Below, in pieces: positions 49,969 through 61,025 of a stretch of 64,000 nt of DNA (the stretch's first letter is position 1; every line of letters starts with the position of its first letter). Origin of the DNA: Leucoraja ocellata (lineage: Eukaryota); NCBI GenBank assembly GCA_036785375.1, contig JAWMAR010000026.1:8308001-8372000 (forward strand). The letters are read 5' to 3'. The notes beneath the pieces are model-generated. The model saw only the letters and a list, made by a program, of their open reading frames with translations, had not been told where the DNA came from and ran no database searches. The translations under genes and the position numbers were made by a program.

Positions 49969-52092
49969 GGCCTGCAATAGCGTGGGGTTCACTCAGACGC
50001 AGTGCCAGGCCCACCATAAGATCTGTTACAACCTGGCCTGAAAATGCACTCTCCAATCTACAGGACTGCTTTACACAGACAAACTGGGACATATTCGAAC
50101 ACCAGGATCTGGAAACTCTCACAGAATCGGTGCTGGACTATATCAAGTTCTGCATCGGAAATGCGACTGTAGACAAAAACATACGGGTTTTCCCAAACCA
50201 GAAACCCTGGATGTCCAGCCAGGTCCGCACACTCCTCAGAGCCCGCGATGCTGCCTTCAGGTCAGGTGACAGAGCTCTGTACAGGGCTGCTCGAGCCGAT
50301 CTGAAAAGTGGTATTAAAAAAGCCAAGGCGGACCATAAGAGGAGCATAGAGTCCCACTTGTCCAGCAATAATACACGGGAGGTATGGCGGGGCATACAAG
50401 ACATTACCAACTACAGAGGCTGTGCCACAAAGTCAGAAGACCTGAGTGCGCCGCTGGCAGAAAAGCTAAATGGCTTCTTCTCCCGCTTTGAAACATCACA
50501 ACAGCAGCACTCACCTGCTACAGCCCTGTTTCCACCCTCACCTAGCTCCTGTACTACTCCACTCACTGTCAGGGAGCACAATGTCAGACGGGTGCTCCTG
50601 GCAGTGAACCCCAAGAAGGCTACCGGCCCAGATGGAGTACCTGGTAAGGTGCTCAAAGCGTGCGCCCACCAGCTCACTGCCATCTTCACCAGAATTTTCA
50701 ACCTCTCCCTGGACCAGGCAGTTATTCCGTCCTGCCTAAAATCAGCCACAATCGTCCCTGTGCCGAAGAAGTCTCCCATCACCAGCCTTAATGACTACTG
50801 TCCTGTGGCCCTCACTCCGGTAATCACGAAGTGCTTCGAGAGATTGGTCCTCCAGCACATCAAGGACTATCTACCACCAGACTTCGACCCCCACCAATTC
50901 GCCTATCGCCAAAACAGATCCACAGAAGACGCCATTACCGTAGCTCTCCACTCTGTGCTGAGCCATCTGGAGCAGGGGCAGAGCTACGTCCGGATGCTCT
51001 TTGTGGATTTTAGTTCAGCCTTTAATACAATCATTCCGGACATTCTCATTGGTAAACTGGTCACTCTCGGCCTCCCCACTCTCACATGTGCCTGGATAAA
51101 GGATTTCCTCACCAACCGGCCCCAGACTGTGAGACTCGGCCCCCACCTCTCCTCCACTCGCAGGTTGAGTACTGGTTCCCCACAGGGCTGTGTGCTAAGC
51201 CCCCTCTTATACTGTCTCTACACCTACGACTGTAGTCCGGCCCACAACAACAACCGCATCGTCAAATTTGCTGACGACACTACTGTGGTCGGACTTATTT
51301 CAAAGGGAGACGAGGCAGCCTACAGAGAGGAAGTCCTGAAGTTGACAACCTGGTGCTCAGAAAACAATCTGGCTCTGAACACCAGGAAAACAAAAGAGCT
51401 CATTGTCGACTTCAGGAGGCACAGCACCGACTTAGCCCCCCTACACATCAACGGCGAGTGTGTGGAGAGGGTCAACACCTTCCGGTTTCTCGGCGTCCAT
51501 ATCGCTGCTGATATCTCCTGGACGGACAACATGACAGCGGTCATCAAGAAGGCTCAGCAACGGCTGCACTTCCTGAGGGTCCTCAGGAAGCACAACCTGG
51601 ACTCTAACCTGCTGCTGACCTTCTACCGCTCGTCCATCGAGAGCCTGCTGACATACTGCATTACAGCATGGTATGGCAGCTGCACCATGGCAGACAGGGA
51701 GAGGCTTCAGAGGGTAACCAGGACAGCGCAGAGGATCATTGGCTGCCCTCTCCCCTCCCTGATGGACATCTTCACCTCCCGCTGCCTTAGCAGGGCAAAG
51801 AAGATCATCAAAGACAGCTCCCATCCTGCGTTTGGACTGTTCGACCTGCTGCCCTCTGGAAGGCGCTATAGGTGCATCAAATCCAGGACAAATAGACTCA
51901 GGAATAGTTGCTTTCCGAGAATTATAACTACTATAAATTCAAATTCACACATGCACTGACTACACCGCCCAACACGGACTTCCATCTGATATATGTATAT
52001 ATGTATGTAGCATGGCGACTGTGCATTTGTGGGTTGTGCAAAACAATTTCACTGTGCTGTGCGCATGTGACAATAAAGAACCATTTAACCAT
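49969..52092 (+). mobile_element. Rex1/Babar non-LTR retrotransposon, 5'-truncated
   Basis: Long RT ORF plus 3' tail aatttcactgtg..gtgacaataaagaaccatttaaccatt. The 5' boundary is approximate. Confidence 0.9.
50130..51959 (+). CDS. Reverse transcriptase (Rex1/Babar ORF, endonuclease domain missing)
   Basis: 609-aa uninterrupted frame: KATGPDG, PVALTPVITKCFE, LFVDFSSAFNTI, GSPQGCVLSPLL, KFADDTTVVG, FRFLGVHI. Confidence 0.9.
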   Translation: MLDYIKFCIGNATVDKNIRVFPNQKPWMSSQVRTLLRARDAAFRSGDRALYRAARADLKSGIKKAKADHKRSIESHLSSNNTREVWRGIQDITNYRGCATKSEDLSAPLAEKLNGFFSRFETSQQQHSPATALFPPSPSSCTTPLTVREHNVRRVLLAVNPKKATGPDGVPGKVLKACAHQLTAIFTRIFNLSLDQAVIPSCLKSATIVPVPKKSPITSLNDYCPVALTPVITKCFERLVLQHIKDYLPPDFDPHQFAYRQNRSTEDAITVALHSVLSHLEQGQSYVRMLFVDFSSAFNTIIPDILIGKLVTLGLPTLTCAWIKDFLTNRPQTVRLGPHLSSTRRLSTGSPQGCVLSPLLYCLYTYDCSPAHNNNRIVKFADDTTVVGLISKGDEAAYREEVLKLTTWCSENNLALNTRKTKELIVDFRRHSTDLAPLHINGECVERVNTFRFLGVHIAADISWTDNMTAVIKKAQQRLHFLRVLRKHNLDSNLLLTFYRSSIESLLTYCITAWYGSCTMADRERLQRVTRTAQRIIGCPLPSLMDIFTSRCLSRAKKIIKDSSHPAFGLFDLLPSGRRYRCIKSRTNRLRNSCFPRIITTINSNSHMH

Positions 52093-52842
52093 TGGAGTTA
52101 ATGATCATCAGGAGCAGTGCTGGATCAGCATTGATCTTGTTTAAAAAATGATCGCATTTGGTAATCCACCCAGAAGAAACAAATGGGAGGATTCTTCATA
52201 ATAACTCCAGATATGGTAAGAAAGAACTGTGCCAAAAGAAACCAGCCCACAAAACAAATAAATAAAATTTGGCTGTCATTCAAAAATATTTTTTAAACGT
52301 GCAAAACACAAATAATTTAAATGCAAATAAAACTTCAAAACAAAATCCCCAAACTTTCCAAAACAAAGCTTTTTAAAGCACTTTAAAATACTTCTGAACA
52401 TTTCCAAAAACATTTATAAACACTTTAAAACAGTTAAACCAACAGGCTGTAAGATTTATAAAAACAATGTTGAAAAGATTTAAAAGAGCACTTGGGATTA
52501 ATAACCTCTCTGTGAGTCTTTTAAAATTGTCAAACATTTAGCTGAAACAGTCTTTGATGCTCCTTCGCATCAAGAGGAGAATGCTCCTTGTGCCACCACA
52601 AGGCTGGTAATTCCATACTAAGTGTGTGAGAACAGTCTCACGCCTCTGCTGAACTCCATGAGGAGTTCAGTGATAAAGCAAAGCCTGCTTCCCAGTGCCA
52701 AACTGTTGACACTGACTTTTGGATATCGCCAAAAACTTGAGATGATTACTTCATTTCTCCCACTCCCAAATGATTTCCGTTAGCATTTGGTCAAAGAGAC
52801 TACATGCAATTAGCATCACAACATTTTCCAAAGATTTTCCTC

Positions 52843-53341
52843 AGGGAGTACAGAGAAGGTTCACCAGACTGATTCCTGGGAGGGCAGCACTTTCATATGA
52901 AGAAAGACAGGATAGACTCGGCTTGTACACGCTAGAATTCAGAAGATTGAGGGGGGATCTTATAGAAACTTACAAAATTCTTAAGGGATTGGACAGGCTA
53001 GATGCAGGAAGATTATTCCCGATGTTGGGGAAGTCTAGAACTAGGGGTCACAGTTTAAGGATAAGAGGGAAGTCTTTTAGGACCAAGATGAGAAAATCAT
53101 TTTTTACACAGAGAGTGGTGAATCTGTGGAATTCTCTGCCACAGAAGGTAGTTGAGGTCAGTTCATTGGCTATATTTAAGAGGGAGTTAGATGTGGCCCT
53201 TGTGGCTAAAGGGATCAGGGGGTATGGAGAGAAGGCAGGGATGGTATACTGAGTTGGATGATCAGCCATGATCATATCAAATGGCGGTGCAGGCTCGAAG
53301 GGCCGAATTGCCTACTCCTGCACCTATTTTCTATGTTTCTA
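52843..53341 (+). mobile_element. CR1 LINE 3' fragment ending about 30 bp from a HYDIN donor
   Basis: [29 protein letters not shown]; tail ctattttctatgtttcta. Confidence 0.92.
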
Positions 53342-53373
53342 TTAGGATTAGTGCCCATGAAACAGAAACCCAC

Positions 53374-53556
53374 CTGGGATCCTGGTTTATAGTTGGGAAG
53401 GTACAAATTCCTCTGCAGTACAACTTGTAGCATCTTCGCGTTCCCAGGAGCTCAAAGTTCAGAGTTTGATCATATGTCCCAATAACTACTGAACTAAAAC
53501 GCACTTGTAAAGTAACCTCCTCGCCAGGTTGCACAATCCAGCGATAAGGAAGCACT
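53374..53556 (-). CDS. HYDIN: HYDIN coding exon
   Basis: tttcccccag|A...CCC AG|gtgggt, 183 nt. VLPYRWIVQPGEEVTLQVRFSS...QTLNFELLGT..YKLYCRGICTFPTINQDP. Confidence 0.95.
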
Positions 53557-54300
53557 CTGGGGGAAAGATAATAACAATGGATTCAAATTTTTTTTAAATC
53601 AAGGTCAGATGACTAAAAACACATTTTATGGGTCCATGTTTGGGCCATTGGTTGGACAGAAAAAACAATGTTTTTAAATGCCTTACAAAAAATGACAAAT
53701 AAAGAGGTCAAAAATCCTATGGAACAATACAAAAGAGAGCTTCCAAGCATGACCTCATCACCGAAGATTATAATTATCTGTTACAATAGCTTTATTAAAT
53801 CAAGTATGGAGAAAAACCACGCGACCCAGAAAAACAAATCTCTTCATTGTTCTAACTTAGCATCTAACTAAGATCCTATAGCTGCTTAGCCGCCATGGGA
53901 TCTTTGGTTATTTCTGCGCAATTTGAACAACGGGGAGGGTTGGAGCGGGCGGGCGGGCGTGGGGACACGGACGCAGACAGAGAGAGGCACAGAGGCAGGG
54001 GAGCTTCCTGCCTTTTGGAGCTGGGGTTTCCGATTTGCGGCGTCTATTGAGTGGGCGACCATGCTGGTGCGAGCGGAGCGAAGATCAAATGCAGTAGAGG
54101 GCCGGCCGATGGAGAGAGAGGGCAGTGAGAGAGGGGAAAGACAGAGAGAGGACAGAGAGAGGACAGAGGCATAGTTTGGAGACCCCTGGTATACAGAGTC
54201 ACCGGTTTGGCACCATTTCCAATTCCCAGTTGTAGTAAGTGGAGAGGTCTTGATCTGACCATGAAGGTCTGTTTTCTGGAGGGGGTGGGGGGAGTGTGAG

Positions 54301-54321
54301 GGCAGAGAGAGGGGGAGAGAG

Positions 54322-54371
<50 letters not shown>

Positions 54372-54452
54372 AGAGAGAGAGAGAGAGAGGGCAGAGACAG
54401 AGAGAGGGCAGAGAGAGAGAGGGCAGAGACAGAAAGGGCAGAGACAGAGAGA
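54301..54452. repeat. (GA)n microsatellite and GA-rich tract
   Basis: Read directly from the sequence. Confidence 0.95.
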
Positions 54453-55102
54453 CTACTGGCGGGCGTGGGGCGGCTTCTTTTTCTTTTGCCCCGGTCACGG
54501 CCCCATCCCAAACCCCGGGTTTGGCCCTCACTCCAGCTCCAGGCTCTGCTCCAGTCCAGGCTTTGCTGCAGCCCAGGCAGCAACCTCCCCACCAGGCGCT
54601 GGTCAGCGGACATAAACTCGAGGGAGGCCACGACCTGATCGACCTGAGGACCCTGAGCGAGGCGGCGGGTGGGTCTTGAGCCGGGCTTGACCCGCGGCAG
54701 CAGCCTCCCCACCAGGCGATGGACCCGAGTGAGGATGTGGACGGGCGTGGACCCCGAGCAAGGCAGCGGTGGGCAGGCTTCTGCAGAACTGTCTCAATAT
54801 TTCTGAGCTCCATGGGCTCGCATCCTCGGCGCTTCAGACCCCGAGTACGGGGAGGGGGGGGAGGTGGAGAGGGGGGAGTGGGGGCGAAGGGGGAGAAGGA
54901 GAGGATGGGGGAGAGAGATAAAGTGGGGGGGGGGGGTGGGCAGGCGCAAAGATTATAGTATCCTCTAGTATCTTTGGGCAGGCGGGCATGCTGGAGTCCA
55001 GCAGCGGGAGTGTACTTGGAGGCATACTGGAGGCAGGTTGGCCTGGATTGGTCGGCATGTGGGATTGTGATGTCAGCAGCTCGTTAGGTGTGGTTTTGGC
55101 GG

Positions 55103-55104
<2 letters not shown>

Positions 55105-55138
<34 letters not shown>
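55105..55138. repeat. (AC)n microsatellite
   Basis: Read directly from the sequence. Confidence 0.95.
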
Positions 55139-55143
<5 letters not shown>

Positions 55144-55406
55144 AATATATAGATTTGATTTGATATGATGGTTTGGAAAAGGAGTGCCTGGGGTCACTCA
55201 GAAGGCTGCTGACATCCGTTGAGCAGTACCACAGCATAATCCGAGAAAATAAAAGAATGAAAATTGAAGGTCTGAAATGTATTCAAATAAATCCTCATCC
55301 AATAACAGTTCCAATAGATAACGCATTATTTTATGCATATGCGATAAATATACCTCATCACCAATATATCTGTAGTGAGATGCTCTTCAGTATAAGTGCT
55401 GCTTAC

Positions 55407-55612
55407 CTGACCGCTGTGCTATCTTCTTTGGATGGCTCCTCAGTAGTGCTGCTGTGGTCGATGTCGGATTGAGGTGACGGGGCACCCAGTAAAAAAGAAG
55501 TGCGGGAATCACGTCGGCCCTTTTTCCCGTGCCCACCTGAGCGACGTTTGTCGCGGTCCGTTTCTGATTTGTCTTTCTTATATTTTCCTTTATGCTGAAC
55601 AGGTGCCTCCTC
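55407..55612 (-). CDS. HYDIN: HYDIN coding exon
   Basis: ttgcatag|GAG...GTC AG|gtaagc, 206 nt, phase 0 to 2. Open frame EEAPVQHKGKYKKDKSETDRDKRR...SPQSDIDHSSTTEEPSKEDSTAV. Confidence 0.85.
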
Positions 55613-56446
55613 CTATGCAACCAAAATTGTGAAAAAAAAGTGCAGCTGTGCATACAGTTCAGACAGAAAACCCTGTATTGCTACATTATCTTTCATGAAC
55701 TCAGAACATTCAAAGCATTTTGCTACAATTAAAGTGAAGTTGCAGAAAGTGCTGGAAAGTTCCCACTCTCCAACGTCTTTCATTTACTCACTGACCAGAC
55801 AACTCCAATTACACTCTCCCTGTGCTTAATTGGCATTTTTTGTCTCGTTCCCACTGATGAAGAGTCTTTGACCTATTTTCATGAATGCGACCTAATCTGC
55901 CGAATGTTGGGAACAGAATTTTCATGTTCTAATTTTAGATTTCCAGCATCCACTGTTTTTTTCCCCCCATTTTTATGACTGTTGTACTGAAGCACAGCAG
56001 CCAATGTGCATATGACAAGCCCTGCCATACAGCCATCAGATGCTGACCAGGTGGTCTGTCTTTGAGAGATAAATGTTAGCTCTGACACCAGGGAAACCTC
56101 CTGTGCTCCATAAATGGTGCAGTGCAACCTTTTATTTCCATTCATGAGTAGATAGTGGGTTTCAAGTATCAGTTGAATGACTGCACCTCCAGAGCAGAAT
56201 ATTATTATACTTCATTGGGAAGATCAGCCAAGGTCATGTATTCAGATATCCAAAGCATGATTTGTAGTCATGCATTGAAATGAGACTGCTTCAGCTGAAC
56301 CATGATAGATCCCCAAAAAGATCCAATGTTATATTTAATCCACACCTTTAGATTGCAAACATTTTTGCAGTTGAGACTTGTACTCGAATGTTGTCTTACC
56401 TTAGTAACTGGGACACCAGTTCTAATGAATTCAGATGTGGTCTTAC

Positions 56447-56661
56447 CTTAGCAACTGGGGCCAGCAATTCAGGCTCTGGTTCAGGCTCTTTCTTATCTTC
56501 AAATAACAATTTTCCTTCTTCTGCGTTAGGTGCGAGTGAGAAGTGACTCAGCACATCCTTCCCAGATATGGACTTCGCTCCATTGGATATTTCACCACTG
56601 AAAACAGGGCAGAGGGGCGGATAGGGGGGCCACTTGGACCCATGCCCAGGCTATCTAGTAT
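56447..56661 (-). CDS. HYDIN: HYDIN coding exon (contains an apparent 1-bp deletion)
   Basis: Acceptor ttccttgtgtag|ATA, donor AAG|gtaaga, 215 nt. First half ILDSLGMGPSGPPIRPSALFSVVKYP; second half in a shifted frame KDVLSHFSLAP...EDKKEPEPEPELLAPVAK. Confidence 0.85.
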
Positions 56662-56727
56662 CTACACAAGGAAAAGCAACAGGAAATGAACAATTATACA
56701 AAAGAGTGAAATACTCATACTTAAGTG

Positions 56728-57506
56728 TTACATAGAAACATAGAAAATAGGTGCAGAAGTAGGCCATTCGGCCCTTCGAGCCTGCACCGCCATTCAATAT
56801 GATCATGGCTGATCATCCAACTCTGTATCCCGTACCTGCCTTCTCTTCATAACCCCCTGATCCTTTAGCCACAGGGCCACATCTAACTCCCTCTTAAATA
56901 TAGCCAATGAACTGGCCTCAACTACCTCTGTGGCAGAGAGTTCCAGAGATGCACCACTCTCTGTGTGAAAAAAAGTTCTCTCATCTCGGTTTTAAAGGAT
57001 TTCCCCTTTATCCCTAAGCTGTGACACCTTGTCCTGGACTTCCCTAACATCGGGAACAATCTTCCTGCATCTAGCCTGTCCAACCCCTTAAGAATTTTGT
57101 AAGTTTCTATAAGATCCCCTCTCAATATTCTAAATTCCAGAGAGTATAAACCAAGTCTATCCAGTCTTTCTTCATAAGACAGTCCTGACATCCCAGGAAT
57201 CAGTCTGGTGAACCGTCTCTGCACTCCCTCTTTGGCAATGAACTGGCCTCAACTACATTCTGTGGCAGAGAATTCCAGAGATTCACCACTGTGTAAAAAA
57301 TGTTTTTCTCATCTCAGTCCTAAAAGATTTCCCCTTTATCCTTAAACTGTGACCCCTTGTTCTGGACTTCCCCCAACATCGGGAACAATCCTTCCTGCAT
57401 CTAGCTGTCCAACCCCTTAAGAATTTTGTAAGTTTCTATAAGATCCCCCCTCAATCTTCTAAATTCTAGCGAGTACAAGCCGAGTCTATCCAGTCTTTCT
57501 TCATAT
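56728..57506 (-). mobile_element. Two tandem CR1 3' fragments (56728-57236 and 57237-57506)
   Basis: ORF 56922-57224; the segment aatgaactggcctcaactac..ccagtctttc occurs twice. Confidence 0.9.
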
Positions 57507-57509
57507 GGT

Positions 57510-59553
57510 CAACCGGTACTCGACCTCCATCCATGCTTTCCCCCTCTCTGATCATAAGCTTATACGGTTCACCATCCCTTCTCCGACACCTCTCCCCCGC
57601 TTCCTCGTGAAATCACCTTCCGTAATCTAAAATCCATTGATCCCCTCCACCTCTCTGACCTCCTCTCCACCACACTCCCCCTGGACTCAGGCCCCCATCT
57701 CACCTGATGATCTCACAAACCATCTCAACTCCACCTTGTCTACCTCCCTTAACACTATGGCTCCCCTCAAAACAAGAACCGTAATTTTCAACACATCTTC
57801 ACCCTGGTACACACCTGCACTTCGTAAACTGAAACAGACTGGTCGCCCAACTTGAACAACTCACAAAGAAATCATCTCTCACAGTCCACCTTGAAGCTTA
57901 CAAACTCCACCTCACTGATTGCAAAGATGCCCTCATTGCTACAAAATCTGCCTACCTCTCCTCTATATTCACTGATCCCTGCCTAAACCACAGAACCCTC
58001 TTCTCCACAGTGGGGAACCTCCTCAAGCCACGAGCAAACACTCTCCTACCTCTACTCCGGATCTCTGCAACTCATTCCTCCACTTTTTCGCTGATAAATC
58101 AGCACCATCTATCAATCTTTATCCCCTGTACCCGACTTCCCAGCATCTACTCCACCACCTACCAAGGCCCCTCCTTTCAACATCTCCACTGACCTCCTTA
58201 CCCCTCCTCCACACTGCTTCCTCTCCCAGTTTGACCTGGTCACCCCTATTGAAATCTCCAACTCATCAGCTCTTCCAAACCCACTACCTGCTCCCTCGAC
58301 CCTCTCCTCACTCCCCCTGCTGAAGTCCTGCCTCCCCGTTCTCGCCCTACCTCACTAATCTCTTCAACTCCTCATTGTCCCAAGGAATTGTCCCCTCCGC
58401 TTTCAAAACTGCTGCTGTCCACACCAATCTTAAAGAACCTGGTCTTGATCCCTCCTCTCTCATTAACTACCGCCCAATCTCAAACCTCCCCTTTCTTTCA
58501 AAAACCCTAGAGCGTATCGTTGCGTCGCAACTTTTCCCACCTCCTTGCGTATAACCTACTTGAACCTCTCCAATCTGGCTTCCGCCCCTCCATAGCACAG
58601 AAACTGCTCTCCTCAAAGTCCTCAACGACCTCTTCACCTCTGCTAACACTGGTTCCCTCAACATCCTCATCCTCCTCGACCTGAGCGCAGCCTTCGATAC
58701 AGTGAACCACAACATCCTGCTCACCAGACTTAAAGACCTCGGCATTGAAGGCTCTGCACTCAGCTGGCTCCGTTCCTACCTATCCAACAGATCCCACTTC
58801 ATCTCTCTCCATAACCACACCTCTGCTACAGCCACAGTCACTCAAGGCGTTCCCCAAGGCTCCGTACTCGGCACCCTCCTCTTCATCATCTACATCCTCC
58901 CCCTTGGTCAGATACTCCGCCACGTCAACCTGGACTTCCACTGCTACGCCGATGACACCCAGATCTACCTCGGCGACAAATCCCCCCACAACCCCCCCCC
59001 CCCCCCCCCATATCAACTCCTGTTTGTCAGCTATAAAAACCTGGATGCAACATAACTTCCTTAAACTCAACAGCGATAAGACAGAATTCCTCCTCATAGG
59101 CTCCAAAGCCACCATCAGCAAAATCAATAACCCCACTCTCACCATCGACGGCACCACTGTCTCCCCATCTCCCTAGGCCCGCAATCTTGGCGTGATCTTT
59201 GATTCCACCCTCTCCCTTGAGCCTCACATCCGCCATGTCATTAAAACCTCCTTCTTTCATCTCCGCAACATCGCCAAACTCAGACTCTCTCTCACACCTC
59301 CCGCTGCTGAAAGACTCATCCATGCCTTCATCTCCTCCCGACTGGACTATTGCAACTCACTTCTCCTTGGCATCAGCTCCACTTACATCAACCGACTCCA
59401 ACTGGTCGAGAACGCAGCCGCCCGACTCATCACCCACACCAAATCCTGGCATCACATCACTCCAGTCCTCAAACAACTTCACTGGCTTCCCATCTCCCAC
59501 CGGATCACCTACAAAATCCTGATCCTCACCTACAAAGCCCTCCACCATCTGCC
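57510..59553 (+). mobile_element. L2 LINE ORF2, many frameshifts, runs into a gap
   Basis: [65 protein letters not shown]. Confidence 0.92.
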
Positions 59554-59753
59554 NNNNNNNNNNNNNNNNNNNNNNNNNNNNNNNNNNNNNNNNNNNNNNN
59601 NNNNNNNNNNNNNNNNNNNNNNNNNNNNNNNNNNNNNNNNNNNNNNNNNNNNNNNNNNNNNNNNNNNNNNNNNNNNNNNNNNNNNNNNNNNNNNNNNNNN
59701 NNNNNNNNNNNNNNNNNNNNNNNNNNNNNNNNNNNNNNNNNNNNNNNNNNNNN
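59554..59753. other. Assembly gap (N run)
   Basis: 200 N. Confidence 0.99.
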
Positions 59754-61025
59754 GAGAAGAGGGAGGGAAGGTAGGGAAAGAAGGGGTAGGTGGCGTTTGC
59801 AATCAGCTACCTAACATTGGAGAATTCAAGTGTTCATACAATTAGGTTGCAAGCTACCCAAGTGGTCTATAAGGTGCTATTCCTCCAGTTTACATGTGGC
59901 CTCTGGAAATGGAGGGGGCCCAGGACAGAAAGGTCAGTAAGGGGGTAGGATGGGGAGTTAAAATGATTAGCAACCCCGGTGCACTGTGCGCAAGTGTTCG
60001 GGGAACTGGTCGCTGAGTCTATACTTAGTCTCGCCAAGGTAAAGGAGGACACATTGGGAACATTGGATGCAGTAGATGAGGTTAGAGGATGTGCACGTGA
60101 ACCTTTGGTCTCACCTGGAAGGATTGCTAGGGTCACTGGATGGATGTGAGGCAGGAGGAATAGGGCATATGTTGCATCTCTTGGGGTTGCAGGAGAAAGT
60201 ATCTGGGGAGGGAGTGGTTTATGTGCAAAGGGATGTGGACCAAGGAGTTGCGGGGGGGAGTGGTCTCCGCAGAAGGCAGAAATGGGTAGCTGTGGGAAGA
60301 TGTTACTGGTAGTGGGATCACACTGAAATGTTGGAGAATAATGGGTTGGATGTGGTGGCTGACGGCATGAAATGTGAGGACTGGGGGAGTATCCAAGTGT
60401 ACCAAAGAAAGATGTTAATTAAATTAGCAAGTTCTGAACAGGTGCAGCAGGCACCCCCGATACAGTCATTGATGTAGCAGAGAAAGTGTGAGCAGATAAT
60501 GCCAGTGTACATTTGGACCAAAGACTGTTCGACGTAACCAACATAAAGGTATGCTTAGCTGGGCCTATACAGGTGCCCATGGCTACCCATTAAATAAGAA
60601 AGCGAGAGGAATCAAAAGATAAGTTGTTGAGAGTGAGGACATTAAGCCACATAGAGGAGAATGTTAGTAGAAAACTGATTGGGTCGCTGTTCAAGGAAGA
60701 ACCGGAAAACATTCCTTGTGGGAATGGAGGTGTAAATGGACTGGTATAGATGAGGCAATGGGAGCTTAGAAATTGCAAGTTATTGAAGAATTCAAGGGCA
60801 TGCAAGGTGTCTCAGATGTAGGTCGGAAGGGACTGGACAAGGAGGATAGGAAAGAATCGTATTTGGAGATCAGTTACTGTATGTTGGGAAAGAGCTAGCA
60901 GAAACAATGGTTTGCCAGGGCAGTCCTGTTTGTGGATTTTGGGAAGGGGATAGAAATGGGCAGCGTGAGGTTGGGAAACTATAAAGTTGGAGGCTGTGGA
61001 AGGGAGGTTGCCAGATGTAATTTGC
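59754..61025 (-). mobile_element. Degraded Penelope-like element (RT and GIY-YIG remnants)
   Basis: FYPLPKIHKQDCPGKP, FLCYINDCIG and VANHFNSPSYPLTDLSVLG across frames. Confidence 0.82.

Larger units (their letters stand above)
53868..55153 (-). mobile_element. GC-rich composite insertion with a Helitron-type 5' end
   Basis: Minus strand a|TCTATATATTAAAACTGTGTG at 55153 matches the 4285 Helitron start. Internal (GA)n and (AC)n tracts; canonical 3' end not found. Confidence 0.45.
2018..56661 (-). other. HYDIN: HYDIN gene span (internal part; 21 coding exons mapped; gene continues beyond both ends of the mapped span)
   Basis: Exon peptides follow the vertebrate HYDIN order as I recall it (GPSGPPI, RWIV..GEEVTLQV, FGPLLCG, WAYPT, AEAYDVALDISFPKG, IVDIFEVEP, GDGNLPR, NNQYE..GEGYQDDITLDNIHG, PADQVPDWD, ETDPEPAH). 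They are bounded by AG/GT signals with matching phases. Confidence 0.97.

Noticed and set aside
54044-54813. 200+ aa ORFs on the minus strand
   Set aside because: Driven by the (GA)n microsatellite and GC-rich repeat; low-complexity peptides.
2018-56661. Calling HYDIN a pseudogene
   Set aside because: 19 of 21 exons are intact with conserved phases and no substitution-derived stops; two single-base deletions are at least as well explained by assembly error.
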